A stretch of DNA of 64,000 nt from an uncultured virus (IMG/VR IMGVR_UViG_3300034110_001238) (IMGVR_UViG_3300034110_001238), one strand, 5' to 3'; positions 7,630 through 18,123 are shown, numbered from the stretch's first letter. Numbers and translations are program-made. Notes: generated by a model from the letters alone, not told the origin.

Positions 7630-8394
7630 ATGATAAAAAAAACATTAATAATGCTACTATCAATCTATTCGCTAAATACTTATGCGGATGATAAAAAAAC
7701 AGAAACCCAAAAGACACTTGAAAACTTTCCAATGATTTTTACTCAAATGTCAAAAATGGTTGGCGAAAAAGAAACTGTTGATATCTTTATACCAGACACA
7801 TCCTACTTAATAGATACCTTCTATCCTAAAAAAGAGTTAGAAGATAGTAGTCATCTTGTTGTTAGTTTTGCAAGATTGCGTAGAGGCTTAGGATCAAGCA
7901 CCAGTCCTGATATCGCAAAAAGAATTATCAATACAGTAGATACTGAAAATGGTAAATTGATTACTATTGATCTGAAAGGATTAAAACGACAAACATTCAG
8001 AGTGGTCGCTGATAATTCTTTTAATGATTTTTTTAACGAATATGAATTTGCTGATGGTAAAGTGCTTAAAGCTAAACTGATTTTATCAAAAACTAGTATG
8101 TCTAATGATTTTGAAGAAACAGAGAGAGACTACAAATATTTAGCAAAAAGATATAATACCTTTCTAGATAACCAACATTTTAACAAATCATTATTTAACA
8201 ATGGTCGTATCAATGATAAAGAAAAACTCTATGTATCAACCAGTATCGACAAAGATAAAAATTATGCAATAAACAGTATTACATTGACCATAATGAACAG
8301 TAATATACAGGAAAATTACGATAAAATTATTGAAGATTTAGATGAAAAAGACCTAGATAATAAGTATAAAGAATTAAATGATATTCTAAAATGA
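7630..8394 (+). CDS. Secreted hypothetical protein
   Basis: Signal peptide ending TYA; paralog of the upstream gene. Confidence 0.7.
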   Translation: MIKKTLIMLLSIYSLNTYADDKKTETQKTLENFPMIFTQMSKMVGEKETVDIFIPDTSYLIDTFYPKKELEDSSHLVVSFARLRRGLGSSTSPDIAKRIINTVDTENGKLITIDLKGLKRQTFRVVADNSFNDFFNEYEFADGKVLKAKLILSKTSMSNDFEETERDYKYLAKRYNTFLDNQHFNKSLFNNGRINDKEKLYVSTSIDKDKNYAINSITLTIMNSNIQENYDKIIEDLDEKDLDNKYKELNDILK

Positions 8395-8432
8395 CAAAAT
8401 TTTTAATAAAGTTTTATTGAAAATAAAAAAAT

Positions 8433-8457
8433 AAAAACCGCATAAGCGGTTTTTTTA
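8433..8457. terminator. Bidirectional terminator
   Basis: AAAAACCGC-ATAA-GCGGTTTTTTT. Confidence 0.8.
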
Positions 8458-8470
8458 TACTCAAATTATA

Positions 8471-9004
8471 TTATTTAAAAACACCAGCTTTTAACCATGT
8501 CTTATAACGTTCTTGAACCTTGTCAGATGCTTCTGGGTGTAGTTTGTCACAGACGGCTAATGTATCTTGTCCACTATCAACAACGGCTATTTTGTAGTCA
8601 AACTGTCTATCTTCGCAATCCTTTTTAGATCCCAACAAGTAAAGTCTTCTAGCGTCAGGTTGGTCGTAACCAAAATAAGCTCTGCATTCAAACGTTAATG
8701 ATTCACCTTTGTTTTGAAATGAGTAGATATTTGTTCTTGGACTATATTTACTAATGGTGGTACATGGAGATGATTCCATTGTGTAGTCATAATCTGCGAA
8801 TAAACGTTTATCACCATTTTCATTAAAGTCAGCTTGAACATACATAGTTCTCAAATAAATTTTATAATCATTCGTTGACCATTTCAAACTACCCAAGGTA
8901 GGTTCCTTCTCAACGTGTTGAGCTAAGTGATTATCAATGCTTGAACAACCTGCTCCTAAGAGTGCAATAGCAAGTGCCGAAAAAATTTTCATTGTTTGTT
9001 TCAT
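8471..9004 (-). CDS. Lipoprotein
   Basis: Start MKQTMKIF with GGAG SD; lipobox GAGC. Confidence 0.7.
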   Translation of the reverse strand: MKQTMKIFSALAIALLGAGCSSIDNHLAQHVEKEPTLGSLKWSTNDYKIYLRTMYVQADFNENGDKRLFADYDYTMESSPCTTISKYSPRTNIYSFQNKGESLTFECRAYFGYDQPDARRLYLLGSKKDCEDRQFDYKIAVVDSGQDTLAVCDKLHPEASDKVQERYKTWLKAGVFK

Positions 9005-9139
9005 TTTTATCTCCAATAATAATAAAATATTAACTGTTAACGATTTAAAGTCAAGTCTTATGCCCGGTTTGATATAGATTTTAAATGATATTGTTTTGAT
9101 GAATTTAATAAAAAAGACCACTGAGTGTGGTCTTAGTTT

Positions 9140-9745
9140 TTATTTGTAATTATTTACATCGTTTTTAATGCGTATTTCAATATAGCTTATGGTAGGATCA
9201 ATCAATTGTGGTACTGGGATAGATTCTTGTTTATACACTATCTTGTCAGGATTAACTCGTCGGGATAGTAAATAGTCAGTCGCAATACGTGCTCTTGCCT
9301 CAATAATATTAAAATTAGGGTTGTGATAAGTGCTTAAACCATCATAAACGCCTAATGTAAATTCACTAAATTCTTGATCTAACAAATTGATAGCGATTTT
9401 ATTTAATACAGTGTAACCATAACCTGTTAATTGAAATCCATTGTAACTGTAAGCTTCTGCAACAGGAATGTATAGCAATAAGTCATTGCCCTGTTTATTA
9501 ATGATAACCCCTGTTTTATCTAAGTCCTTTGTAAATTCAGCTTGTTGAGTTTCAAGGTAAGCTCGTTTCTCAATGCTCATTTCTGCTGGAATAGGGGTAG
9601 GAGCTACTACGGGTGGTGTTACCACTTGCTCATTACTGATAATTTCAGAGTATCCACTTTGTTCGGTATAATAGCTGGTCGTCACTGAACATCCACTGAC
9701 AGCTAGTGCCAGTGATGAACAGATAAATAAGGTCAACTTATTCAT
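9140..9745 (-). CDS. Lipoprotein with a degenerate OmpA-like domain
   Basis: Lipobox VSGC; GNDLLLYIP, RARIATDYL and IEIRI align with the neighbouring OmpA protein. Confidence 0.65.
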   Translation of the reverse strand: MNKLTLFICSSLALAVSGCSVTTSYYTEQSGYSEIISNEQVVTPPVVAPTPIPAEMSIEKRAYLETQQAEFTKDLDKTGVIINKQGNDLLLYIPVAEAYSYNGFQLTGYGYTVLNKIAINLLDQEFSEFTLGVYDGLSTYHNPNFNIIEARARIATDYLLSRRVNPDKIVYKQESIPVPQLIDPTISYIEIRIKNDVNNYK

Positions 9746-9751
9746 GCTAAA

Positions 9752-10405
9752 TTACTGCTGTTTGTTGATAATTTGAATCTCAACACGACGATTCGTTTGT
9801 TTACCTTGTTCAGTATTGTTGTCTGCAATTGGTTGACGTGGACCATACCCCACTGCTTGAACACGATCTTGTGCGACACCTTGTGCTACAAAGTAGTTAG
9901 CCACTGAATAGGCACGTTGTTCAGACAATACTTGGTTCTTTTCAAAAGATCCAGTGTTATCAGTGTGACCAATTACTACAATATTACTGGTATTATATTC
10001 TTTCAATGTAGTAGCGATAGAATTTAATACTGGGTAGAAAGATGCTGAAATGTCTGACTGTGCTGTTTTGAAAGTAATATTTCCCGGCATAATCAAACTA
10101 AGGTTTTCACCATCACGTTGTACCTGAACACCAGTACCTCTTAGCTGGTCAGATAATTTCTTTTCTTGAACATCAGTGTAATAACCATAACCCGCACCAC
10201 CCGCACCGCCCACGACTGCACCAATCAAAGCACCTTTTTTTCCGCCAGCCAAAGCACCCACTGCAGCACCACCGAGAGCACCGAAACCACCATATTTAGC
10301 ACTTTTTGCGGCCTGACTTTCTCCAGTGTAAGGATTGTTAGTACAACCTGCTAACCCACCCATTAAAAGTGCTGCTGTTAGAACTGATACTGTAATTTTA
10401 CGCAT
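9752..10405 (-). CDS. OmpA-family lipoprotein (YiaD-like, glycine zipper plus OmpA_C)
   Basis: Lipobox LAGC; Gly zipper; GHTDNTG, LSEQRA and NRRVEI; start reset to MRKITVS by AGGAG SD. Confidence 0.92.
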   Translation of the reverse strand: MRKITVSVLTAALLMGGLAGCTNNPYTGESQAAKSAKYGGFGALGGAAVGALAGGKKGALIGAVVGGAGGAGYGYYTDVQEKKLSDQLRGTGVQVQRDGENLSLIMPGNITFKTAQSDISASFYPVLNSIATTLKEYNTSNIVVIGHTDNTGSFEKNQVLSEQRAYSVANYFVAQGVAQDRVQAVGYGPRQPIADNNTEQGKQTNRRVEIQIINKQQ

Positions 10406-10430
10406 ATTGATTCTCCTGATTATTTGTTTG

Positions 10431-10970
10431 TTAAATGTTATTAATTTGTATTTCAATTCGTCTATTCTTAATCTTTTCTTCACTTGTAGGGTTTTTAATG
10501 ATTGGAAATTCATTGCCTACACCGTAAAAACTAATTCTTTTTTCTCTAATTTCTTTCGCTTGCATATAGTCTTTCAACTCTAATGCTTTACGTGTGGTAA
10601 TCACTAATCCTGTGTAATATTCTAATTCATTATCAGTATGTGATACAATTTTTAGCTGGCTGTGTGGTGAGATGACCACCATGTTGGCAATCACATCCAA
10701 ATCTTTTTTGATAGATGACTTAATTGTTTCATTGTCATCTTCAAATACATCTAAATCACTCACTGTTAAAACCAAACTTGTGGCATTTTTAGAAATATCA
10801 AATTTGTTACTCAGTTGCTTTATTAGCATTTGTTCTTGATAATCTGTCACAACACTCATTGTCACATTGTCTTCAAGTAAAAATGCAGGGGGTATTGTTG
10901 ACGTATGACTAGCACATGCTGTCATTAATAAAGAACCACACAATACTGCACCCATTATCATTTTATTCAT
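10431..10970 (-). CDS. OmpA-like lipoprotein
   Basis: Lipobox MTAC; SHTD and NRRIEI. Confidence 0.8.
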   Translation of the reverse strand: MNKMIMGAVLCGSLLMTACASHTSTIPPAFLLEDNVTMSVVTDYQEQMLIKQLSNKFDISKNATSLVLTVSDLDVFEDDNETIKSSIKKDLDVIANMVVISPHSQLKIVSHTDNELEYYTGLVITTRKALELKDYMQAKEIREKRISFYGVGNEFPIIKNPTSEEKIKNRRIEIQINNI

Positions 10971-10980
10971 TGTTATACTC

Positions 10981-11574
10981 CTAGCAGACTTTTCCACCAT
11001 GTTTATGTGGGCGGTTCACATTATATTCATGTTTAATATCAAGAACCTTTGTCATATCCCAACCTTTTTTACGGAAGAAGTACGCTATCTTAACCACTGT
11101 TTCCGCTAAAAACAAGAATTCTTTTTCAGTTTTTTTCATGTGTGATTTAGCGGCATCACAAATAGAGATTGCCACGGATATGTGAAACTCTATGTCACTT
11201 TTCAAATCTTGCAACTCTTCATAGCAACGAATATTGTTTAATTGTGATACTTCATTCATTAAATCATCAATCGTGATAATCGGATTAAAGGACACAAAAA
11301 ATTGAGTTTCCAAAAATTTAGAAAAGTTAACGTTTCTATAACCAGAATAATCAAATATACGAATTAAGACATCAACTAATTCAACAGCCTGACCTTCTGG
11401 CTTACCTTCCACGAGATAGAAATCTTCTTTTGATGATCGAACTTCTTCGGTGGCCTCGGATATTTCCGACAACATAAGAGCAAATCGTTCAATGGATGTT
11501 GTTGGTCTTTCATACCAGCCTTTATTCACTGAATTTTCATAAGATTGTTTCAAATAGTCTTGTATTTTTTTCAT
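10981..11574 (-). CDS. MazG-like NTP pyrophosphohydrolase
   Basis: SEISEATEE, ELVDVLIR and NRPHKHGGK. Confidence 0.8.
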   Translation of the reverse strand: MKKIQDYLKQSYENSVNKGWYERPTTSIERFALMLSEISEATEEVRSSKEDFYLVEGKPEGQAVELVDVLIRIFDYSGYRNVNFSKFLETQFFVSFNPIITIDDLMNEVSQLNNIRCYEELQDLKSDIEFHISVAISICDAAKSHMKKTEKEFLFLAETVVKIAYFFRKKGWDMTKVLDIKHEYNVNRPHKHGGKVC

Positions 11575-11701
11575 GTAATATATACCATTATTGATGAAAA
11601 TAATTTACTACGAATATAAAAAAAGTCAAATAAGAAAACCTATTAGTTTGACTTACCTTCTACATTAATGTATAATAATGGACATTTAAGGAGTTAGCTT
11701 A

Positions 11702-12424
11702 GTGAAAAGATTTTGTTTGTTATCTGATAAATTTCCTTTCCGTACAAGTGAAGGTGGATTATACGTGAACAATAATGCTGAGCAAAGCAACTCAATAAAG
11801 ATAGCTACGCCTTTGTTTAATGGTAAACCGCCTAATGAAAATGACTTGATTCAATTAGAAATTACTCCTGCTCAAATGATTGCCTTGAAACAGCTTGACA
11901 GTAAGCACTTCATTAGACTGAAAGATAAAACTGAAATGAATAGATCCATTCGAACAACTTATTTCAATAAGTTAGTGGAATTTGGGTGCATACAACCAGA
12001 AAAGTTTGAACGAGAATTTAAACGAAGAGGATTATCTGAAAATAGTTGTTTTACAGTTAGTGTGATGCACATGCCCTTTAATTTTAATGGTAAAACAAAG
12101 ATGTATAAAAATTTCACTCATTCTCAAATGTTTTATTATGTAAAACTGGATGTAGTGATTGAATTTTTATGGGTTGAACTCTTTGTCTATAACGCCAAAA
12201 TGACCTTTATTTTGAGTGATGTGAAAGGATTAGAATTTGCTAGGCTATTGACTGATTTAAAGTTTGTTGAAAGTCCAGAACAACAAGAAGCCATGTTGAC
12301 AAAATGTATACTACAACGACTGCATAAGAGAATGACAAAAAATATTGGGAGTACCGTAAGTTTTAACGAGTTTGAAAACAATTTTGACAGTTACAAAGCG
12401 ATATACGATATGTGGAGATTTTAA
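11702..12424 (+). CDS. Hypothetical protein, MxxF tail
   Basis: AGGAG SD, GTG start, upstream TTGACT/TATAAT; ends DMWRF. Confidence 0.7.
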   Translation: MKRFCLLSDKFPFRTSEGGLYVNNNAEQSNSIKIATPLFNGKPPNENDLIQLEITPAQMIALKQLDSKHFIRLKDKTEMNRSIRTTYFNKLVEFGCIQPEKFEREFKRRGLSENSCFTVSVMHMPFNFNGKTKMYKNFTHSQMFYYVKLDVVIEFLWVELFVYNAKMTFILSDVKGLEFARLLTDLKFVESPEQQEAMLTKCILQRLHKRMTKNIGSTVSFNEFENNFDSYKAIYDMWRF

Positions 12425-12426
12425 TT

Positions 12427-13455
12427 ATGTATTTTATTGAATTTGAAAAATTAAGTAAACAAATGCCAATGGATTGGAAGAATTCATCTGTAGGTGTGAA
12501 TGTTCAAAATATCTTCCAGAGTCTTTATGAGAATGATAAAAACCGTGATTTTCTTATTCCCAAAGCTTCCATTCAAATTATGGAAAACATGGTTTATATC
12601 ACATCGGCTAATAAGAATGCGTTAACCTTCAACCCAACGCCTGCAGAAAGTAAAATAGAATACATGAGCTATACATTTGCTATCAATAAAAATCATAGCA
12701 AGTTCCCAACTTCAAAAATTTATGGTTTCAGGGAGCAATTAGAATCAAGTCCTAATATTTTATTAGCCAAAGATGTCTTCAAGACTACCTACAAATCAGA
12801 CATAATTCCAGAGTATAATTACAATATTACATTGGATTATATGACTAAATATAAACACAATAAGACGGAAGCACATCGAAAAATATTTACTGAGCAGATT
12901 AAACCTATTGCTGATCACTGTATCAAAGAAATTTTGGAAGTGTTTGCTCAATACGGTGAAGTAGAGTTATCACCCCCACGAAAAAATAGCAAAGTGCTTC
13001 ATTACTTTATTAAGAACTCTATCAACTTTATTTTGGAAATTGCTCAAAAAGAAGAATTTAAAATAGGATCAAATGGTGAACTAATACCTAATTTAAAACT
13101 TGAAGTCAGATTACAGCAATCAGAAAGTTATGACAAAGAAGTAAAAGACAAAGCGGGTAACATCAGTATAAAAAAAGTGAACCAACGCTATATCACATCC
13201 AGTGGCTACAAAAACTTTACTGTTGAAATTAGAAATTTCGAATTTTTAAAGAAACCTGCTTATTATGCTATTTCAATGACACCACATGGTTATCTTCGTT
13301 TAAAGAAAACGTATTCAAAAGAATTCTTCAAAAAAATTATCTTTCATTATCAATTTAAGAAATATTTTGAAAAATATGAAATTGAAATGGAAATGGATGA
13401 ATTAGAAGATAACCCACAAGCGTTTTTTGATTTAGTAGCTATGTTGAATTTTTAA
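12427..13455 (+). CDS. Hypothetical protein, MxxF tail
   Basis: GGAG SD; ends AMLNF. Confidence 0.7.
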   Translation: MYFIEFEKLSKQMPMDWKNSSVGVNVQNIFQSLYENDKNRDFLIPKASIQIMENMVYITSANKNALTFNPTPAESKIEYMSYTFAINKNHSKFPTSKIYGFREQLESSPNILLAKDVFKTTYKSDIIPEYNYNITLDYMTKYKHNKTEAHRKIFTEQIKPIADHCIKEILEVFAQYGEVELSPPRKNSKVLHYFIKNSINFILEIAQKEEFKIGSNGELIPNLKLEVRLQQSESYDKEVKDKAGNISIKKVNQRYITSSGYKNFTVEIRNFEFLKKPAYYAISMTPHGYLRLKKTYSKEFFKKIIFHYQFKKYFEKYEIEMEMDELEDNPQAFFDLVAMLNF

Positions 13456-13517
13456 CAAATTTAACTTGATATTTATTGAAAAATACTTTAAGATAGTAGA
13501 ATATTCACAAAATTAAT

Positions 13518-13534
13518 GGAGAAATCTCATGTAA
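13518..13534 (+). promoter_or_regulatory. SD-ATG-TAA start-stop element
   Basis: GGAG-AAATCTC-ATG-TAA downstream of a TTGAAA...TAGAAT promoter. Confidence 0.55.
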
Positions 13535-13661
13535 CTAATTATATCACGCTAATAAATGACGAAAGCATAACTACAATAGTAATCACTCTACGTCCATTAT
13601 TTGGATAGATTATCTATTACATATAAACGTCAATTATTGCTTAATAATTAGGAGATTTCAC

Positions 13662-14411
13662 ATGTATAATGCAGTAAGACACCTCGGCAACTCTAAATTC
13701 AAAGAGTTCAATAAAAAATTCACCAATAATATAGCACATGAGATCTGGTATGACGATATGGATTGTTATCCTTGTTGTTGCTGTTATGACGACGATGATT
13801 ACAATGATGACCAGTATGAATGGCAATACGAGTATATGGAAAAAAGAAGTCATTTATTTTATGAAAACATTTACAGTTTGAAAACAATCTTCACCAGAGA
13901 GTTCTTGGATCGTATTAAAAAAGAACAATCTGCAGAAGTGGATTCATTGTGTGTCTATTTTAAAATTAAAGAAAAAGATTTAATAGATGGGTATAATTCA
14001 GAGTTCTTTGCACAATTTTTTGATGAAGGTAATAAGTATAATCTTGAATTATATGCAACCATTAATTATAAGGATTTTGATTTAACAAAAATAAGAAGTG
14101 TTGATATATCAGTAATGAATCCATTTACAGATGTAGATGGGCATGATTTAGGGGGGATGGGACGTAATTCTATGTATAAGTTTAATGTTTATTACGAAAA
14201 ACATACAAACATTATGTTCTCTACCATTTCATTCTTTTATAGAAATATGCAAAGAAGAGAAATTCCTGAATGGTGTGAAACAATGGAAGATACCATCATG
14301 TATATGTATTTGGATGATCCGAAATATAAAAAATTAAAAGAAATTTTTGATATAAAAGAAGTTATAAAAGATTTAAGTGTATTTGATGTATTGAAGATGT
14401 ATATGGTTTAA
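13662..14411 (+). CDS. Hypothetical protein with a Cys/Asp-rich N-terminal patch, MxxV tail
   Basis: AGGAG SD; DCYPCCCCYDDDD; ends KMYMV. Confidence 0.7.
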   Translation: MYNAVRHLGNSKFKEFNKKFTNNIAHEIWYDDMDCYPCCCCYDDDDYNDDQYEWQYEYMEKRSHLFYENIYSLKTIFTREFLDRIKKEQSAEVDSLCVYFKIKEKDLIDGYNSEFFAQFFDEGNKYNLELYATINYKDFDLTKIRSVDISVMNPFTDVDGHDLGGMGRNSMYKFNVYYEKHTNIMFSTISFFYRNMQRREIPEWCETMEDTIMYMYLDDPKYKKLKEIFDIKEVIKDLSVFDVLKMYMV

Positions 14412-14597
14412 GATAATCCCTCAGTAGAGGGATTATTGATTTATTAGCCTTTTATTTTTTAGATAAATACTTGTATTTATTTTTAATAGAAGTGCAACGT
14501 AAATTAATAAATATCATTATTTTAATAGTATTTTAATATTTTGTTTTAGTTTTTTTGTAGTATAATAATACTATAAAACAATAAAAAAATAGTTGGT

Positions 14598-15215
14598 ATG
14601 ATTTACGAGCATTATAAGGTAAGAAAAAAACGCTTTTATGAAGATATGACAAAAGCAACAATGATAAAAGTGTCCGTGTTAGTTTTATTATTAGTTATTT
14701 TAGCTTCTATCTTAATTACAAGAGATGTTATTAATTATAAGCAAAGCATTAATCAAACAATATTGAAAAGCTATTTACAATCATTAGAATTGAAAACAGC
14801 CTACGGATATAATCATCCAGAACAAAAAGTCGATATTGCGTTAACAGAATATGCATGGAACTACTTAGTCAATGACAGTCAATTGTGTAATCAAAAGAGT
14901 CAGTTAACCTTAAAACCAGAAGACAAGAAAATAAATTTTATAGAATGTAATGAAATAAAGAGAATCAGTGAAGACCCATTAGGTAAACATGTGAGTATCT
15001 TTATACCACAAAAAAATAACAATGATCAATATTCAAGTGAACCTACGCCAATATCAGAATACAGATTTTTTATTGATTTCCTTGAAGGTGATCCCTCATT
15101 GCTCAATTATAAATGGAACTTAATTGATAGAAAAGGGAAATTAAGATCCTTTGAATTTTGTACAAATAGGCCAAATTTATGTAAATATATCTATGTTGCA
15201 AGAGGAAAAAAATAA
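14598..15215 (+). CDS. Membrane-anchored hypothetical protein
   Basis: One N-terminal TM helix. Confidence 0.6.
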   Translation: MIYEHYKVRKKRFYEDMTKATMIKVSVLVLLLVILASILITRDVINYKQSINQTILKSYLQSLELKTAYGYNHPEQKVDIALTEYAWNYLVNDSQLCNQKSQLTLKPEDKKINFIECNEIKRISEDPLGKHVSIFIPQKNNNDQYSSEPTPISEYRFFIDFLEGDPSLLNYKWNLIDRKGKLRSFEFCTNRPNLCKYIYVARGKK

Positions 15216-15232
15216 GCCCGAATGGGCTTGTT

Positions 15233-15832
15233 TTATTTTAGATTACCAATCAATTTTTCGTTGATAAAGTTATAGGATGTATATAAGTAGTCATCAGCTA
15301 TCTCAAGTTCTAGACCATAATGTTTAGAATCATCGAGTTTGAGTAACAAATCGTTCATTTTTAATTGATATTCTATGGAATCCGTAATTAATAGAAAATC
15401 TTTTTGATTATCAAAAACAGTCTTTAATTGCTCAACCAGCAATTGTGTCTTTTTAGTGTTTTTCTTAAACTTTCGAGTAGTCCTGTAATAGTTAAAAAAT
15501 CTAATGAAAAGTTTTAATGAAATAATTGAAAACACACCACCTACAATAAATATTAAAGCTTTACTTAAATAGTCAAAATTATAGTTATTGATTTGTGGAA
15601 CAACAGGTACAGCTATCTCTTTTTGAACAGGATTAGGCAGTTGCTTTTGATCAATTATTGTTTTTTTCTCTAACAGGTTCTCTAATTTCTTTTCATTGCT
15701 ATGCTCAGCTACAACACGATTAGATTCTACTTGGTTTACCTGCTCTGTCTTTTGTGGCACATATGTTACGACTGATATTGACATCATTAAAACAGTCATA
15801 AGAGAAAATATTATAACAACAAAGAAAATCAT
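15233..15832 (-). CDS. Two-TM membrane protein, paralog family 15233-18123
   Basis: NNYNFDYL motif before TM2. Confidence 0.7.
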   Translation of the reverse strand: MIFFVVIIFSLMTVLMMSISVVTYVPQKTEQVNQVESNRVVAEHSNEKKLENLLEKKTIIDQKQLPNPVQKEIAVPVVPQINNYNFDYLSKALIFIVGGVFSIISLKLFIRFFNYYRTTRKFKKNTKKTQLLVEQLKTVFDNQKDFLLITDSIEYQLKMNDLLLKLDDSKHYGLELEIADDYLYTSYNFINEKLIGNLK

Positions 15833-16839
15833 ATTAATTCACCTTTCAAATTCTTGATTAAATGATCATTTATGAAACTGTTAGTGTCTTTTAATTTCTC
15901 ATTAATCGCTATTAATTCTACTACATTATTATTGCTTGACAAGCGTTCAATGAAGATATTGTTCAATATAATTTGTTCGGATATCAATTGACTGGTTTCC
16001 AACTGATTATTGTTGCTGTTAATTAACATCTTAAATTGAGTCAGCAATGCATTGCTCTTTTTGATTTCTTTTTTAAGTCTACGTGAGCGACCCCAAAATG
16101 AAAGTCCTTTAAACGACAGAAAAGCCGCTAAACACCCCAGTAAGGAATAGCCTAATGTTGTCAATCCTGTATTCAATTGTTCAAAATTATAATTGTTTAC
16201 AATAGATGGAGCCACAACTTTTGATTCTTCTCTTGGAACTACCTTAGCAGGTTCTACTAATGGTTTATTAACAATGACAGCAGTATCTTTACTGATTTGC
16301 TGTCTTAAATCGTGAATATCACTTAAAGCTGAAGCAGAACTAACAGCCCCTGTTTTATGATCAATATAAATAGCATCACTAGCCATATTATAAAACGTTA
16401 TATAAACAGTCACCAATACAATCGAAACCATTAAGATACCTGATACAATAACACGATTTACCATTTCTTCTTTCTGTTTGTAATTGGCTTCGATATTTGC
16501 ATTGTAATAAGTTTTAACTCGTTCAAATCCAGCGATTTCATCATCACTTAAACGGTAGCTAATGTTTTTTGATTTTGAAGATTCTTTTTTACTTCGGCTT
16601 TCATTCTCAAATAAATGATCATAATGTTCTTCACAAGATTCTTCATCTAAACAAGTGTCATCAACAGATTCAAGGAAAACATCCATATCGTAAATGTCAT
16701 TACCGTAATCATATGACTTACCTACGTCATATTCTTCATAGTCAAAGTCAAAATCATTTATTTTGATTCCAATATCGCCTCTTGCTCTGATATCAGCTTG
16801 ACAATATTTATCCAGTTTATATTTTTTATCTTTTTTCAT
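15829..16839 (-). CDS. Two-TM membrane protein with an acidic N-terminus, same family
   Basis: NNYNFEQLNTGL motif. Confidence 0.7.
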   Translation of the reverse strand: MKKDKKYKLDKYCQADIRARGDIGIKINDFDFDYEEYDVGKSYDYGNDIYDMDVFLESVDDTCLDEESCEEHYDHLFENESRSKKESSKSKNISYRLSDDEIAGFERVKTYYNANIEANYKQKEEMVNRVIVSGILMVSIVLVTVYITFYNMASDAIYIDHKTGAVSSASALSDIHDLRQQISKDTAVIVNKPLVEPAKVVPREESKVVAPSIVNNYNFEQLNTGLTTLGYSLLGCLAAFLSFKGLSFWGRSRRLKKEIKKSNALLTQFKMLINSNNNQLETSQLISEQIILNNIFIERLSSNNNVVELIAINEKLKDTNSFINDHLIKNLKGELI

Positions 16840-17555
16840 GAGTCATTACTCATCTCAGCAATAAACATGCGTTCAATAAAACTAAGATTTCTTGACAAAT
16901 GTTCATTATGTATTTTTAACTCTCCAGCATAATAGTTATTACTATATTGCTCAATAATTAGTCTGTTCAAACTTAACTGTTCATTATGTTTTCTACTATA
17001 ATCAAGATAAGTAGTATGATCATTTACATCTTCAGTGAACGATTTCGAAATGAGTTTACTATTTTTTATAGCTTTTTTTATAGTAAGCGTTACTAGCAAT
17101 TTACTAGCTCCTTTAAATGAATAAAAAAGACCAAATATTGTGAGAACAACACTACCCAAATACATAAGTCCTGTATTCAAATCTTCAAAATGATAATGGT
17201 TTTCAGTCTGCTTAATAACAGGTGCTGGTGGTGGCGTTACAACAACAGGCTCTGGAGCTACTGGTTGAATAGGCTCTGTTCTCATTTCAGGATTGACAAC
17301 GGGTGTCAATTTGAAATCTTTGTTTTGTTTAGGCTGTCTTCTATAATCAATAATTTCAGTCACTATTGGCTGTATCCGCTCATATTTAACGACTGGTTTC
17401 ACTTCTTGTTTTACAGCAATGGTTTCTGATTGCTTTGGTGTGTCTGGTTTATTGACGCCCATAGAAGCAAAAATAAAAGTAATAATAAAGAAAAAACTAA
17501 ATAATACCATTATTTCTAATAACGAGAATCCTTTTTGTTTATTTTTTGAAATCAT
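16836..17555 (-). CDS. Membrane protein with a prepilin-type N-terminal cleavage/methylation motif, same family
   Basis: KNKQKG|FSLLEIMV; NHYHFEDLNTGL. Confidence 0.75.
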   Translation of the reverse strand: MISKNKQKGFSLLEIMVLFSFFFIITFIFASMGVNKPDTPKQSETIAVKQEVKPVVKYERIQPIVTEIIDYRRQPKQNKDFKLTPVVNPEMRTEPIQPVAPEPVVVTPPPAPVIKQTENHYHFEDLNTGLMYLGSVVLTIFGLFYSFKGASKLLVTLTIKKAIKNSKLISKSFTEDVNDHTTYLDYSRKHNEQLSLNRLIIEQYSNNYYAGELKIHNEHLSRNLSFIERMFIAEMSNDS

Positions 17556-18123
17556 TTAAAATTTTCCTTTCAATGAAATTATATTGATCCTTCATGATTT
17601 GATTGCTTAAAATTAAACAATTCATCGAAGGGTTTTCTTTATTAAGCTCAATCAGTAGATTATTAAGGCATGTTTGCTCCATAATTTTGTTATTATGTTC
17701 AAGACAATGTTTTACATCATCAATAATCGAATCAAACGCTGAAATAAGGATAATACTTTTCTTCCGAGCGATTGTCAGCATTAATGTTCTGCGGCCAATA
17801 CCAAAACATTTGTAAATAATAAAAACCAGTAAAGCAAAACCACCCAGACCAGCTACGGCCATTAAACCATCGTTTAATTCTTTCAAATCATAGTGCTTTT
17901 CAACAACTACACTAGTAACAGGTGCAGTGTTCACAACATCAACAGGCTTAGCTGGAAGTGTTTTAGTCTCAAGAGAATGCGATTTATTATCCACACAAGT
18001 CCCATGCTCACAATGATGTTCTTGTGCAGCTTTCTCTTTTGATATTTTTTCTATTTGACCAAAACCAATAATTGACACAATGGCTGTAATCATCATAGCT
18101 ATAACCACTTCAAAAAAATACAT
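17539..18123 (-). CDS. Membrane protein, same family
   Basis: Pilin-like MYFFEVVIAMMI; KHYDLKELNDGL. Confidence 0.7.
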   Translation of the reverse strand: MYFFEVVIAMMITAIVSIIGFGQIEKISKEKAAQEHHCEHGTCVDNKSHSLETKTLPAKPVDVVNTAPVTSVVVEKHYDLKELNDGLMAVAGLGGFALLVFIIYKCFGIGRRTLMLTIARKKSIILISAFDSIIDDVKHCLEHNNKIMEQTCLNNLLIELNKENPSMNCLILSNQIMKDQYNFIERKILNDFKK

